A stretch of 64,000 bases of DNA from an uncultured Ruminococcus sp. (GTDB lineage: Bacteria > Bacillota > Clostridia > Lachnospirales > Lachnospiraceae): assembly GCA_900544395.1 (NCBI GenBank), contig UQVC01000008.1, forward strand, positions 423 through 64,422, in the 5' to 3' direction. A program made the position numbers and the translations under genes. Positions within the stretch are counted from its first letter, which is position 1; every line of letters begins with the position of its first letter. Shown in pieces: positions 51,129 to 60,934 of this stretch. A model generated the notes under the pieces. That model did not search any database. It saw only the letters and a program-made list of their open reading frames with translations, and was not told the DNA's origin.

Positions 51129-51183
51129 TCCGTCACTTAACAGGGTAAAATCATACTCGCTGCCTATATCCGGGTTATAATAA

Positions 51184-51558
51184 CTACTGGAAATAGATTT
51201 CCCTGACCGGAATATAGTTAATCGTCAGAGCCAGGGCAATATTCTCACTAATGGTTAAAGTATCCAGCAGGTTAAAATCTTGAAAAATAAATCCCAGATT
51301 TTCTCTCCGAAACTTTGCAATCGCCTTTTCTTTTATCTCCGTTACATCTGTACCATCCAAATAAATATGCCCTGCGCTTACCGTATCTATGGTAGAAATG
51401 CAGTTCAGCATCGTTGTTTTTCCCGATCCTGACGCCCCCATAATACCTAAAAACTCACCTTCCTGCACTGAAAAATCAATATCCTGAATCGCTTTTGTTA
51501 CATTGCCTTCATTTCCATAAAATTTTTGAATATGGTCTAACTTTAAAATTTCTTTCAT
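51184..51558 (-). pseudogene. ABC transporter ATP-binding protein, 3'-truncated (124 aa; Walker A and Q-loop only, no LSGGQ / Walker B)
   Basis: GASGSGKTT plus Q-loop, then premature stop. Confidence 0.55.
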
Positions 51559-51639
51559 GATACTTCACCTCGTCTTTTGATATTCTGATTGTAACGGATT
51601 TCTGCCTGTGTTTGTATCAAGTTTTCTAACAAAATTCTA

Positions 51640-51678
51640 ACAAAAATGTAAGAAATGCAGGGCTTTTCTCAGCCCTGC
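51640..51678 (-). terminator. Rho-independent terminator (GCAGGGCT-gagaaa-AGCCCTGC + T-rich tail)
   Basis: Stem-loop immediately after the HK-fragment stop. Confidence 0.55.
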
Positions 51679-51926
51679 ACCTGATGAATAAAATGATTGA
51701 TTTGAAAGGACAGGCTCATCGTCGTTCCTGTCTCTCCTGACTGGGCGGCAATTCCAATTCCCAGCTTATCACAAAGTCTTTTACAAAGATAAAGCCCTAT
51801 ACCGGTTGCGTTTTGCCGGATACGACCATTCTGGCCGGTAAACCCTTTTTCAAAGATGCGGGGCAGATCATTTTCAGAGATCCCGATTCCATGATCTTCT
51901 TTTGAAGAGAAGTAAAACGAACTGCT
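51669..51926 (-). pseudogene. BceS-like histidine kinase C-terminal remnant (about 85 aa, HATPase_c G1/G2 boxes)
   Basis: KEDHGIGISENDLPRIFEKGFTGQNGR...ATGIGLYLCKRLCDKLG...GTTMSLSF in a frame offset by +1 from the upstream permease ORF. No H-box/DHp region upstream. Confidence 0.6.
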
Positions 51927-53050
51927 TCAACTGGTGAGATATTTGCGGCTAATTTCACAGGTTTTCGGATAGACAGACAAATCATGATCCAGCAGATCAA
52001 TACTGTACATCCCATCACGATAAGATATCCTGAAAGAGAAAAACCTTTGGGAAATAACAAAAGTGTCACTCCTAAACCAAGTAAAATCCCGATAGACATA
52101 CCCTTCCATCCTAAAGAGTGTCCCTCTTTTTTTACAATACGCATAATCTGCTTTTTGGTAGCACCAACAGTCCGGAGCTGACCATAGCTTTTTATTTTAT
52201 CAATAATGGAAATACGGAAAATACTTTGAATTACAACACAGCCACCTACCAAAACAATACCTGCAAAAGCCATAAGCAGCAAAACATTCTCCATGGAAAT
52301 GTCTCCGTCAATATAACGGAAGTACGCATCATGAAATCCGACTCCGGGTATCTGCAACTCCTCTTTGATCTTCTGAACGTCAGCTTTGATAAGTTCTCCG
52401 TCTAACTGATCTACATGCTTCAGATGTACATAGGCAAAGTATCCGTCAGGTTCATACTTCGTACACTGCTTTAGCATTTCTTTGGAGATCAGAAAAGAGT
52501 ACATATTTTGCTTCTCTTGCCCTGTTGTATCTAAGATGCCTGAAATAGTATATTCACCTGAAAAACTTTCCGTATCCAAGGTAACCGAATCACCGATATG
52601 ACAGTCAGGGAAGAATTTTGAAAGCCATTCTTTACTTACCGCAATCTCATTTTTCTCTTCCGGTAAGTCTCCATCTGCCAAATTCATTTGGGAACGTGCC
52701 ATATACAGGGTTTCTTTATCCGTATAAGCAAAGAATCCTTTAAATCCCTGTGCAAAAACTTCCTCTCCGTACCTATAGTATTCTCCCACACGTGCAAATT
52801 CCGACACTTCTCTTAACTCTTCTATATGCGTTTCATCAACCTGTACATAAGTTGCTTCGTAAGTATCGATCACTTTCTTCTTTTCTGTTTGCATCAATGA
52901 AACTCCAGTCAAACCGGAAAGACTGATTAAAAAAGCAGATAAAACTACCGATACTATTACCATAACATTTCTTCGTTTTTCGCTTTTTAAATTTCTCTTC
53001 GCCAGATTCTTGACAATTCCGTTTGTATTATTTTCAAAAGGCCAAGTCAT
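51797..53050 (-). CDS. MacB-like 4-TM FtsX-family ABC permease with an aberrant read-through C-terminal extension
   Basis: TM1, large extracytoplasmic domain, TM2-4, ...ISPVEAVRF. The ORF then continues about 38 codons into the HK remnant region. Confidence 0.65.
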   Translation of the reverse strand: MTWPFENNTNGIVKNLAKRNLKSEKRRNVMVIVSVVLSAFLISLSGLTGVSLMQTEKKKVIDTYEATYVQVDETHIEELREVSEFARVGEYYRYGEEVFAQGFKGFFAYTDKETLYMARSQMNLADGDLPEEKNEIAVSKEWLSKFFPDCHIGDSVTLDTESFSGEYTISGILDTTGQEKQNMYSFLISKEMLKQCTKYEPDGYFAYVHLKHVDQLDGELIKADVQKIKEELQIPGVGFHDAYFRYIDGDISMENVLLLMAFAGIVLVGGCVVIQSIFRISIIDKIKSYGQLRTVGATKKQIMRIVKKEGHSLGWKGMSIGILLGLGVTLLLFPKGFSLSGYLIVMGCTVLICWIMICLSIRKPVKLAANISPVEAVRFTSLQKKIMESGSLKMICPASLKKGLPARMVVSGKTQPV

Positions 53051-53064
53051 AGCCTGCCACCTCC

Positions 53065-53730
53065 TTATTCCACGATCCTGCCATCCTCAATCCGGACAAT
53101 CCGGTCTGCAAGTCGGGCGATCTCATTGTTATGTGTAATCATTACCACCGTCTGGTGAAACTCATAACTGGTCCGTTTGATCAATCCCATAACATCTGCA
53201 CTGGTTTTCGAGTCGAGGTTCCCTGTAGGTTCATCGGCAAGCACAATCGCAGGTTTTGCAACCAAAGCCCTTGCAATCGCAACTCTCTGCTGCTGTCCTC
53301 CTGAGAGGTTATTCGGCATATTCTTTAGCTTATCTTCCAGCGCCAGCATATGAACCACCTCGTCCATAAATCCCTGATCTACCGTATCCCCGTCCAGTTC
53401 TACCGGAAGGACAATATTCTCATAAACATTCAAAATCGGAACCAGATTATAATTTTGGAAAATGAAACCAATATTTCTTCTCCTGAAAATCGTCAGCTCT
53501 TCATCGTTTTTCTTTGCCAGTTCTTCTCCCCGTACAATAACTCTTCCGCTGGTAGGAGTGTCCAGACCTCCCATCATATGAAGCATCGTGGATTTTCCGG
53601 AACCCGAAGTGCCTACTACCGCTACAAATTCACCTTCTTCCACCGAAAAATTCACACCATCCAGTGCCTTTGTAATATTCGGTTCTGTACCATAATATTT
53701 TTTTAAATCGATTGTCTGTAAAATACTCAT
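53065..53730 (-). CDS. ABC transporter ATP-binding protein (MacB/LolD type)
   Basis: Walker A GTSGSGKST, LSGGQQQR, Walker B. Confidence 0.85.
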   Translation of the reverse strand: MSILQTIDLKKYYGTEPNITKALDGVNFSVEEGEFVAVVGTSGSGKSTMLHMMGGLDTPTSGRVIVRGEELAKKNDEELTIFRRRNIGFIFQNYNLVPILNVYENIVLPVELDGDTVDQGFMDEVVHMLALEDKLKNMPNNLSGGQQQRVAIARALVAKPAIVLADEPTGNLDSKTSADVMGLIKRTSYEFHQTVVMITHNNEIARLADRIVRIEDGRIVE

Positions 53731-53784
53731 ATTCTATAAGCTCCTTTCTGCCTTTCTTTGTGATGACTCTATTATAAAATACAA

Positions 53785-53802
53785 ATGTCACAGAAATGTC
53801 CG
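53785..53802. promoter_or_regulatory. Candidate response-regulator box: direct repeats ATGTCAC-N4-ATGTCCG (11-bp spacing) upstream of the ABC operon
   Basis: The same 12-mer ACAGAAATGTCC and the same 11-bp-spaced repeat architecture occur at 58914-58931. Also part of a 13-bp IR with 53846-53858. Confidence 0.35.
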
Positions 53803-53868
53803 AGAAAAGAACAAAATTCAAGGAATTTCAGCCTGAATTGTTACAAATCTCGGACATTTCATTTTTTG

Positions 53869-56457
53869 CTATTTATTTTTCACAAGAACTCTTCGATATA
53901 GGATTCCTGGAGTTACCAGACTGACTGCCAGTAACAACAGCAACATTCCTGCCATTTCTTTCAGCGGATAATAGAATACAAAATAAGAAATCTTTGTTTT
54001 CATGTACCATCCAATCCCGCCTATCAACAGCGTTCCCGTTGTTACCAGAAGAACACTCAGCAACAGCCAGGTAAACATTCCTTCCACAAGGAACATCCGC
54101 TGCAACTGCTTTCTGGTCATTCCCACACGATTCATAATGGCACATTCTTTTTTCCGAAGTAACATATCCGTTACCCTTACATTTAAAAAATTCATAATCC
54201 CGATAAAAATCAGGCATCCGCTGATTCCCAGAAGCAACAGCCTGCTGGTCTGAATATACTCCTGTTCTTTTAATAAAAGGTCTGACCGACTCTCCATCTG
54301 GAATAAATTTAATTGCCCCGCATATCCGTTTTCAGACTGAATTTCCATATTTTCTGTTTGAATCATTCCCTTTAACCTGTTTTTGCAGCCCGATTCCTGT
54401 TCCTTTGCTACCGAAAAGCTCATTTCAAAGGTCTGTGGGGTCAGATGCTCTGACAGGGTTTCAAAGGTTTCCTCTGTTACAAGAAGATTGGTATTTCTGC
54501 CATCCCAGCACAACTCTAATTCCGGAAATCCTTCCTTTGTAATATCCAGATATCCACAATTTACCAGTGTCTCTGGAAGCAGGTCGGACATATCCGTTCC
54601 TACCGGAACCAGGTCATACACTTCTATCGGGGTTCCAAGCTGCTCCAATGCCCGCTCTTCTGCATATTCTGATACTCTGTGATCATGGAGGAGAATCGTT
54701 CCATTTTCATGTGAAAATGTTTTCCAGTCTGTTGTTATCTCCTGCTCTTCCAAAAATTCCTGCAGTTTTTCTTTTTCAGAAGAAGAAATTTTTTGGATCA
54801 CAGTCGGAACAGTTTCCCCGTCATTTAATAACTTGATGCTATCCCGACCTTGTTTCCCGATAATAGGGTAAAATCCCTGGATCTTTGTTTCATCCTGCAG
54901 GCTGTTTCCGGCAGTCTGCTTGATGTTCTCCAAGAATTCTTTCGGGAAAAAGACCATATTTTCTGTCTCCGGGGAGGTTTCCATCAGTGTTCTGCAGGCT
55001 TCCTGTGTGATGCGGATTTGAAAATCAGGTTCTTTCATAAACTGGTTTTGCAGATCTACTCCCTTTACAATCACCGAAGATCCAAGCGCTAAGCCGCAAC
55101 CTATAGTCAGAGAAATCATGGTGATGAAAAAAGCCTTTTTATTGTAAAACAAATATCTCCTGGCCAGATAAACTTCCGGCTTGTTTCCAAAACTTTGGAA
55201 AACTGCTTTCTTTTTCTTTGTTTGTTTCTTCTCTGCAACAGTCCCAGTTCCATAGTTCATACACTCCAGAGGACTCAGAACTTTGATTTTTTGCTTTATC
55301 AGAAGTATCACAACACCCAAAGTCACTGCCACCGGAAGAATGGCTATCAAAAAGAATCCTGGCTGATAGAATGAAATCCCCTCCAGTTCTTCTGCCTGTC
55401 CAAAATACAATTTTCCAATGACAGAGGGCAGGATTCCAAGTACCACCAGACTGCCTATGGCAATGCCTGCAAGGCTTCCCTTCAAGACAACTTCCATCAT
55501 CTGCCGGAATATCATTTGTATAATCTGATGCTGCTGTACCCCTACTACCTCCATCAGACCATATTGCTGTAAATCTTTTCCTAATGATAAATTCAAAATA
55601 TTATAAATGAACAAAAACATACACAGCAGAATCAGGAAAGAGAACAAGGCTGCAAATCCATAGCTTCCCAGCATTCCTTCTACTGCCCGGTATGCAGCCG
55701 AATCCATGCTGACGATCCTCTGTCCTTCCTCCAACCGGACATCTTCCTGCAATTGCTGTTCCATCTGTATGCCACTGACAGAATCCTTTTCCGGTTTCAC
55801 CAGTATCCTGCAGGGGTCCCATCCAGTTCCGCTTTCTTTCAGTTTCTTCTCAGACAAAAATGCAATGGAAGAACTTGCCCCCTGATTCTGATATTCTGTA
55901 AAATATCCGGAAAGCTGAAACGTCTGCTGTCCGGTTCCTTTTGTTTGAAAAAGGTCATTCCAATAAAAATCCAGCTTTAATTCCATTCCCACCTTTGGTT
56001 CCGAAATTCCCAGATACGTTAAGGTTTTGGTGGAAAGCATGATTTCATTTTCCTGTTTGGGATACGTTCCTATGATCTGTGTATAGGCCGGGCAGAGCAT
56101 GGTTTCAAATGCTGTTTCATCTGTCACAACACAGTCGCAATATTTTATCGTTTGATTGCATAGTTTTCCGGCAAATTTCTCTTTTCCCGTTTCTGCTATG
56201 TAGGAAAGCGTATGCAGCTGTCCTGCCATTTCTTCTGTACCATTTTCAAGATACGTTGACACCGTCATTCCATCTGTCCGGATATATTTCTGGATATCCA
56301 CCTGGATCTTCCCATAGGCAAAACTTATCATACAGAAAATCGCTCCAACGGTAAGTGCAACTGCCAGAAACAAAAGACGGTTTTTATTCCGGTTCTGCTT
56401 TCTGTAAGAATCCAAAAGCACTTTTTCTGCCGAACGATGATAATCATAATCTTTCAT
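53869..56457 (-). CDS. BceB-type FtsX-family ABC permease (862 aa)
   Basis: 10-TM FtsX-family architecture with a large extracellular domain. 14-nt overlap with the upstream ATPase gene. Confidence 0.75.
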   Translation of the reverse strand: MKDYDYHRSAEKVLLDSYRKQNRNKNRLLFLAVALTVGAIFCMISFAYGKIQVDIQKYIRTDGMTVSTYLENGTEEMAGQLHTLSYIAETGKEKFAGKLCNQTIKYCDCVVTDETAFETMLCPAYTQIIGTYPKQENEIMLSTKTLTYLGISEPKVGMELKLDFYWNDLFQTKGTGQQTFQLSGYFTEYQNQGASSSIAFLSEKKLKESGTGWDPCRILVKPEKDSVSGIQMEQQLQEDVRLEEGQRIVSMDSAAYRAVEGMLGSYGFAALFSFLILLCMFLFIYNILNLSLGKDLQQYGLMEVVGVQQHQIIQMIFRQMMEVVLKGSLAGIAIGSLVVLGILPSVIGKLYFGQAEELEGISFYQPGFFLIAILPVAVTLGVVILLIKQKIKVLSPLECMNYGTGTVAEKKQTKKKKAVFQSFGNKPEVYLARRYLFYNKKAFFITMISLTIGCGLALGSSVIVKGVDLQNQFMKEPDFQIRITQEACRTLMETSPETENMVFFPKEFLENIKQTAGNSLQDETKIQGFYPIIGKQGRDSIKLLNDGETVPTVIQKISSSEKEKLQEFLEEQEITTDWKTFSHENGTILLHDHRVSEYAEERALEQLGTPIEVYDLVPVGTDMSDLLPETLVNCGYLDITKEGFPELELCWDGRNTNLLVTEETFETLSEHLTPQTFEMSFSVAKEQESGCKNRLKGMIQTENMEIQSENGYAGQLNLFQMESRSDLLLKEQEYIQTSRLLLLGISGCLIFIGIMNFLNVRVTDMLLRKKECAIMNRVGMTRKQLQRMFLVEGMFTWLLLSVLLVTTGTLLIGGIGWYMKTKISYFVFYYPLKEMAGMLLLLLAVSLVTPGILYRRVLVKNK

Positions 56458-57133
56458 CTTCCACCACCCTTCCGTCTTTCATGCGGATGATCCGATCTGC
56501 CATGACAGCGACTTTTTCATCATGGGTAACCACAAGCATGGTCTGCTGATATTGCCTACTGATCTTTTTTAACAGTTCCATAACAGAGGCGCTGGTTCTG
56601 GAATCCAGATTCCCCGTCAACTCATCCCCTAACAGAATGGTAGGATGGGTGTAGACAGCTCTGGCAATGGCAGCTCTCTGTTGTTGTCCTCCCGATAACT
56701 CATCCGGCATTTGAAAGAGTTTCTCTTCGATCCCCAGAGTTTTTGCCAAATGAAAAACCTCTTTTTCATCTACTGTCCTCTCCAGTAATTTTGCCGGAAG
56801 TACGATATTCTCAAACACATTCATAGCAGGAATCAGATTATATTTTTGAAAAACAACTCCAATGTGCCATCTGCGAAAAGAAATCTGTTCTTCTAAAGAT
56901 AGTTGCGTCAAATTTACATCATGCACATAAACACACCCATGGGTGGGCTTTTCCAATCCGCTGATCAAATTTATCAGGGTTGACTTTCCGCTTCCGGAAG
57001 CACCAATGACTGCAATAAACTCTCCCTCTTTTATGGAAAAGGATACATCATCAACGGCTCTTATATAATTTTCTCCATTTTGATATTCTTTTGTAAGTGA
57101 AACTAATTTTACAGCTACCATAGTATCCTCCAC
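56444..57133 (-). CDS. BceA-type ABC transporter ATP-binding protein
   Basis: Walker A GASGSGKST, LSGGQQQR. Confidence 0.85.
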   Translation of the reverse strand: MEDTMVAVKLVSLTKEYQNGENYIRAVDDVSFSIKEGEFIAVIGASGSGKSTLINLISGLEKPTHGCVYVHDVNLTQLSLEEQISFRRWHIGVVFQKYNLIPAMNVFENIVLPAKLLERTVDEKEVFHLAKTLGIEEKLFQMPDELSGGQQQRAAIARAVYTHPTILLGDELTGNLDSRTSASVMELLKKISRQYQQTMLVVTHDEKVAVMADRIIRMKDGRVVEDERL

Positions 57134-57140
57134 ATATTTT

Positions 57141-58169
57141 TTATCTCGGCAGAAAAATGGAAAATGCCGATCCTTTTCCCACCTGTGATTCTACTGTAAC
57201 GTAACCGCCCTGCTGTGTCACAATTTCCCTGGTCAGATAAAGACCGATTCCAACACCCGGCTGATTATGAATTTCTTCTTCCCGGTAAAACCTCTTGAAA
57301 ATAGATGCCTGATTGCTCTCTGAAATCCCTTTTCCGGTATCGGATACTTTTATCTCCACATACATTTCCCATTGCGCTACAGACACATGGATTCTTCCCC
57401 CTGTCGGGGTATATTTTACCGCATTGTCCAACAGATTAAAAATCGCTTCTTCTGTCCACTTACTGTCATGGGACACACGCACATCCTCCGGACATTCCAC
57501 GGATACATGAATCTTTTTCTGCTCTGCGGAATATAAGATTCCGCTCATAGCCTGGGCTAACGTATCATATATAAAGTGATCTTCCTTTTCTAATTGAATC
57601 ACTCCGGTTTCCAAACGTGAGGTTTTCACCAATGCCTGTATCAAAAAATCCAGCTTATTGATCTGTCCTCTTACACTTTTCAGAAACTCATTTTGCTCCT
57701 GTTCTTCCAGGGATTTTGTCAAAAGTGTATCTACAATCATTTTCATGTTGCTCACCGGAGTCCTGACCTGATGGGAAATATCTGACACCAGGGACTGTAA
57801 TTCCTGCCTCTCTGCTTCTACCTTCCGGTTGCTTTCCTGCAGGATATTATACAGACACACCAGACGATGATGGATACGGGCAAAAATCGTCTCTCTGTCG
57901 GATACATTTTCAGGTTCCTGACTGCGATTCATCATGTCATCCAGGATCTGGCACAGTTCAGAAGTAAAATTTGACAGTCTCATTCCCAACAGTTGTACCA
58001 TAAAAAGCATCCATAGTGCAGCGCAGACTGTTAATGCCAGCCCAACCCATAACACTGCGATATTTTTGGTCAGAAAAAAGGAGACCAATATGATTGCTGT
58101 CATTGAGAATACCATGCCGGCAGTCAGCCAAAAAAACATCTTTTTTACAGAGGTTTTCTTTCCTATCAT
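57141..58169 (-). CDS. Intramembrane-sensing histidine kinase (BceS-like)
   Basis: Two N-terminal TMs with a minimal loop, H-box SHQVRTP, HATPase_c. Confidence 0.8.
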   Translation of the reverse strand: MIGKKTSVKKMFFWLTAGMVFSMTAIILVSFFLTKNIAVLWVGLALTVCAALWMLFMVQLLGMRLSNFTSELCQILDDMMNRSQEPENVSDRETIFARIHHRLVCLYNILQESNRKVEAERQELQSLVSDISHQVRTPVSNMKMIVDTLLTKSLEEQEQNEFLKSVRGQINKLDFLIQALVKTSRLETGVIQLEKEDHFIYDTLAQAMSGILYSAEQKKIHVSVECPEDVRVSHDSKWTEEAIFNLLDNAVKYTPTGGRIHVSVAQWEMYVEIKVSDTGKGISESNQASIFKRFYREEEIHNQPGVGIGLYLTREIVTQQGGYVTVESQVGKGSAFSIFLPR

Positions 58170-58855
58170 GCTGTTTCACCTCCGGTCCATTTATATCCCA
58201 TGCCATATACGGTTTTGATATATACCGTTCCATCTGTCTCAATCTTTCCCCTGATGCGGCTTAACGTTGTCGTTAACGTATGCTCGTCCACATAATTTTC
58301 TGTACAGTCCCATATTTTTTCCAACAACTGCTTTCTCGTTAATACACGATTGCGGTTCTGACAGAACAGGTTCAGCATCCGAAACTCCAAGGTCGATAAG
58401 GTCAATGGCTTTCCACCCAGCATAGCTGTCTGCTCTGCAAAATTTAAAAACAACCTGCCATCATCAAAGACATCCTGCATGGACACATGATGCCCCATCA
58501 TACGCAGTACATTTTCTACTTTTCTCTGCAGGGAATGGATGGAAAAAGGCTTTGTGATATAATCTACTGCTCCAAGTTCATACCCCCGGATCTCATCACT
58601 TTCCCTGTCATTTGCGGTCAAAAAGATTACAATGGTGTCGCTATATTGTTCCCGGATTGTTTTTGCAATCGCATATCCGTCTCCATCCGGAAGATTGATA
58701 TCCAATAATACCAGATCAAACGGTTGGCTTTTTAATACTTCCATGGCTTCTTTTACCGTTTCCACCGAAACAATCCCTTAGGATTCTGACTGTAGGTTGT
58801 AAACTAACATTTTATTCAAAAGTTCATCATCTTCTACGATTAAAATCTGTTTCAT
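58166..58855 (-). pseudogene. OmpR-family response regulator (BceR-like) with an in-frame TAA nonsense codon at codon 26
   Basis: ATG at 58855 gives MKQILIVEDDELLNKMLVYNLQSES, then TAA (58778-58780), then GIVSVETVKEAMEVL... continues in the same frame. A Tyr codon is expected at that position. RBS AAAGGA. Confidence 0.6.
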
Positions 58856-58913
58856 TCCTTTTCATCCTTTGCAACAATTTTGCTATCATTCCAATTCTTA
58901 TTTTACAACAGAA

Positions 58914-58931
58914 ATGTCCTAGAAATGTTAC
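58914..58931. promoter_or_regulatory. Candidate response-regulator box: direct repeats ATGTCCT-N4-ATGTTAC (11-bp spacing) upstream of the RR-HK-ABC operon
   Basis: Matches the motif at 53785-53802, about 60-75 nt upstream of the start codon. Confidence 0.35.
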
Positions 58932-59057
58932 AGATTGAAAAATTTATGATTTTCTTTTGATAATCTTAAAAATCTTTTGGAACGCAAAAAGAAGATGCAT
59001 GTCACCACACATCTTCTCATCACTTGCTAAAATCACTTTATCCCTCTTGCCTGACAT

Positions 59058-59477
59058 TTAAAACCAATGAATTTTTTCTTCTCTGAATTGGGGCATATCA
59101 CTCTTTTGATACGGATCGTAGTTATGAAGATTACAGCCGAATTCCTTCAAGGATTGAATTTGATCCTCTGCTGACCATTCAATCAATGAAATTCCATCAA
59201 ATTCTTCAATATCTCCATTCTCCATCACATTTTTAAAATACCATTCAACAACGGTCTGATTCCCTTTATGAAAAAACTGTTTGATATCCCAGGCGATTAC
59301 ACTCCCTCGCATATTCCATTCCTGAAACCAATGCTTTACGGTTTCACGATTGCTATAACATGGTCCCCAGCTTTCCGTATAACTCACGTTCTCTGCAAAA
59401 ATGTCGTCCATTCCCAAATCTTTCTTTTCCAGCCACATAGAAAACCATAACCGGATGATCTGTTCTCTCTTATCCAT
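59058..59477 (-). CDS. NTF2/SnoaL-like fold hypothetical protein
   Basis: Size and Trp-rich pattern only. Confidence 0.3.
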   Translation of the reverse strand: MDKREQIIRLWFSMWLEKKDLGMDDIFAENVSYTESWGPCYSNRETVKHWFQEWNMRGSVIAWDIKQFFHKGNQTVVEWYFKNVMENGDIEEFDGISLIEWSAEDQIQSLKEFGCNLHNYDPYQKSDMPQFREEKIHWF

Positions 59478-59525
59478 AATAGAATCCCTCCAACATATTG
59501 CTTTGAAATACGCTTCTATTTCCCT

Positions 59526-60332
59526 TTATTGGGCTGTCTGTCTCGGGATGATGATCTTTCTTGGACATTTTTCTGCACAAACACCACAGTTTGTACATTT
59601 GTCTGCATCAATATGAGCCAGTCCATTCAGCACAGTGATCGCACCTGCTTCGCAGTTTTTCTCACAGAGCTTACATCCGATACAGCCCACTTTGCAGACG
59701 CTCATCAATGCCTTTCCCTTATCATGGGAGCTGCACTGCACGAATGTCTTCTGCTTATATGGAATCAGCTCGATCAGCTTTTTCGGACAGGCTTCGATGC
59801 ATTTTCCACATGCTTTACATGCTTCTTTGTCTACAACCGCAATCCCGTTCTCCACGTGAATGGCATCAAACGGACAGGCCTTCACACAGCTTCCGAATCC
59901 AAGACAGCCATAGGAACAGCCTTTTTGTCCGCCATCCTGCATCAGATTCGCCATGGTACAGTCTTTGATTCCATAATATTCATAGACATTGGATGCATGT
60001 TCGCAGGTTCCCGCACACTTTACAAAGGCAACCTTACGCTCCTGACTTCCGGCGCTCTGTCCCATGATCTCGCCGATCTTTTCTGCCACCGGTGCGCCTC
60101 CGACCGGACATCCGCTCACTTCCGCTTCTCCTTTTACGATGGCCGCAGCAAGTCCGGAGCAGCCTGCATATCCACAGCCGCCACAGTTATTTCCCGGAAG
60201 TTCTGCCAAAACGGCTTCTTCTCGTTCATCCACTTCCACTGCAAACTTTTTGCCGGAAATTCCAAGAAAGACTCCGATAAACAGTCCGGTTCCTCCGACA
60301 ATCGCCGCAGCGATCAAAATTCCTGATATCAT
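59526..60332 (-). CDS. rnfB: Rnf electron transport complex subunit B (polyferredoxin)
   Basis: N-terminal TM plus multiple CxxCxxCxxxCP clusters. Sits at the end of the rnf operon. Confidence 0.85.
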   Translation of the reverse strand: MISGILIAAAIVGGTGLFIGVFLGISGKKFAVEVDEREEAVLAELPGNNCGGCGYAGCSGLAAAIVKGEAEVSGCPVGGAPVAEKIGEIMGQSAGSQERKVAFVKCAGTCEHASNVYEYYGIKDCTMANLMQDGGQKGCSYGCLGFGSCVKACPFDAIHVENGIAVVDKEACKACGKCIEACPKKLIELIPYKQKTFVQCSSHDKGKALMSVCKVGCIGCKLCEKNCEAGAITVLNGLAHIDADKCTNCGVCAEKCPRKIIIPRQTAQ

Positions 60333-60346
60333 CTGTTACGTCCTCC

Positions 60347-60922
60347 TTAAATCAATCCTGAAAATCCGAAAAATGCAATGGCCATCAGCCCTGCTGTCAC
60401 CAGCACGATCGGTGTTCCGCGGAAAGATTCCGGTACATCATTGTACTCGATTTTTTCGCGGATCCCAGCCATCAGCACAATGGCCACAAGGAAACCGACT
60501 GCCGTAGCCACTCCGTTCACAACGCCCTGACCGATGTTGTAAGATTTCTGCACATTTGTCAAAGCAACTCCAAGTACCGCACAGTTCGTTGTAATCAGAG
60601 GCAGGTAAACTCCCAGCGCCTGATAAAGCGGCGGCATTGCTTTTTTCAAAAACATTTCCACAAACTGCACCAATGCTGCGATGACAAGGATAAATACGAT
60701 AGTCTGCAGATACTCAAAATGCAGAGGCACTAAAATAAACTGATAGATCAGTCCAGTCACGAAAGAAGAAATGGTAATGACAAATACCACGGCGCCTCCC
60801 ATGCCTGCTGCTGTTTTTACATTTTTTGATACTCCAAGGAATGGACAGATTCCCAGGAACTGGCTCAACACAACATTGTTCACAAAAGCTGAACCAACTG
60901 CAATCAATAATAATTCTTTCAT
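60347..60922 (-). CDS. rnfA: Rnf complex subunit A
   Basis: RnfA/NqrE family membrane protein. Confidence 0.85.
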   Translation of the reverse strand: MKELLLIAVGSAFVNNVVLSQFLGICPFLGVSKNVKTAAGMGGAVVFVITISSFVTGLIYQFILVPLHFEYLQTIVFILVIAALVQFVEMFLKKAMPPLYQALGVYLPLITTNCAVLGVALTNVQKSYNIGQGVVNGVATAVGFLVAIVLMAGIREKIEYNDVPESFRGTPIVLVTAGLMAIAFFGFSGLI

Positions 60923-60934
60923 TGTCCGTTCCTC

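Noticed and set aside
53869-56457. Unusually long (862 aa) FtsX-family permease as something novel
   Set aside because: BceB-like permeases with enlarged extracellular domains in this size range are common in Clostridia. The architecture is standard.
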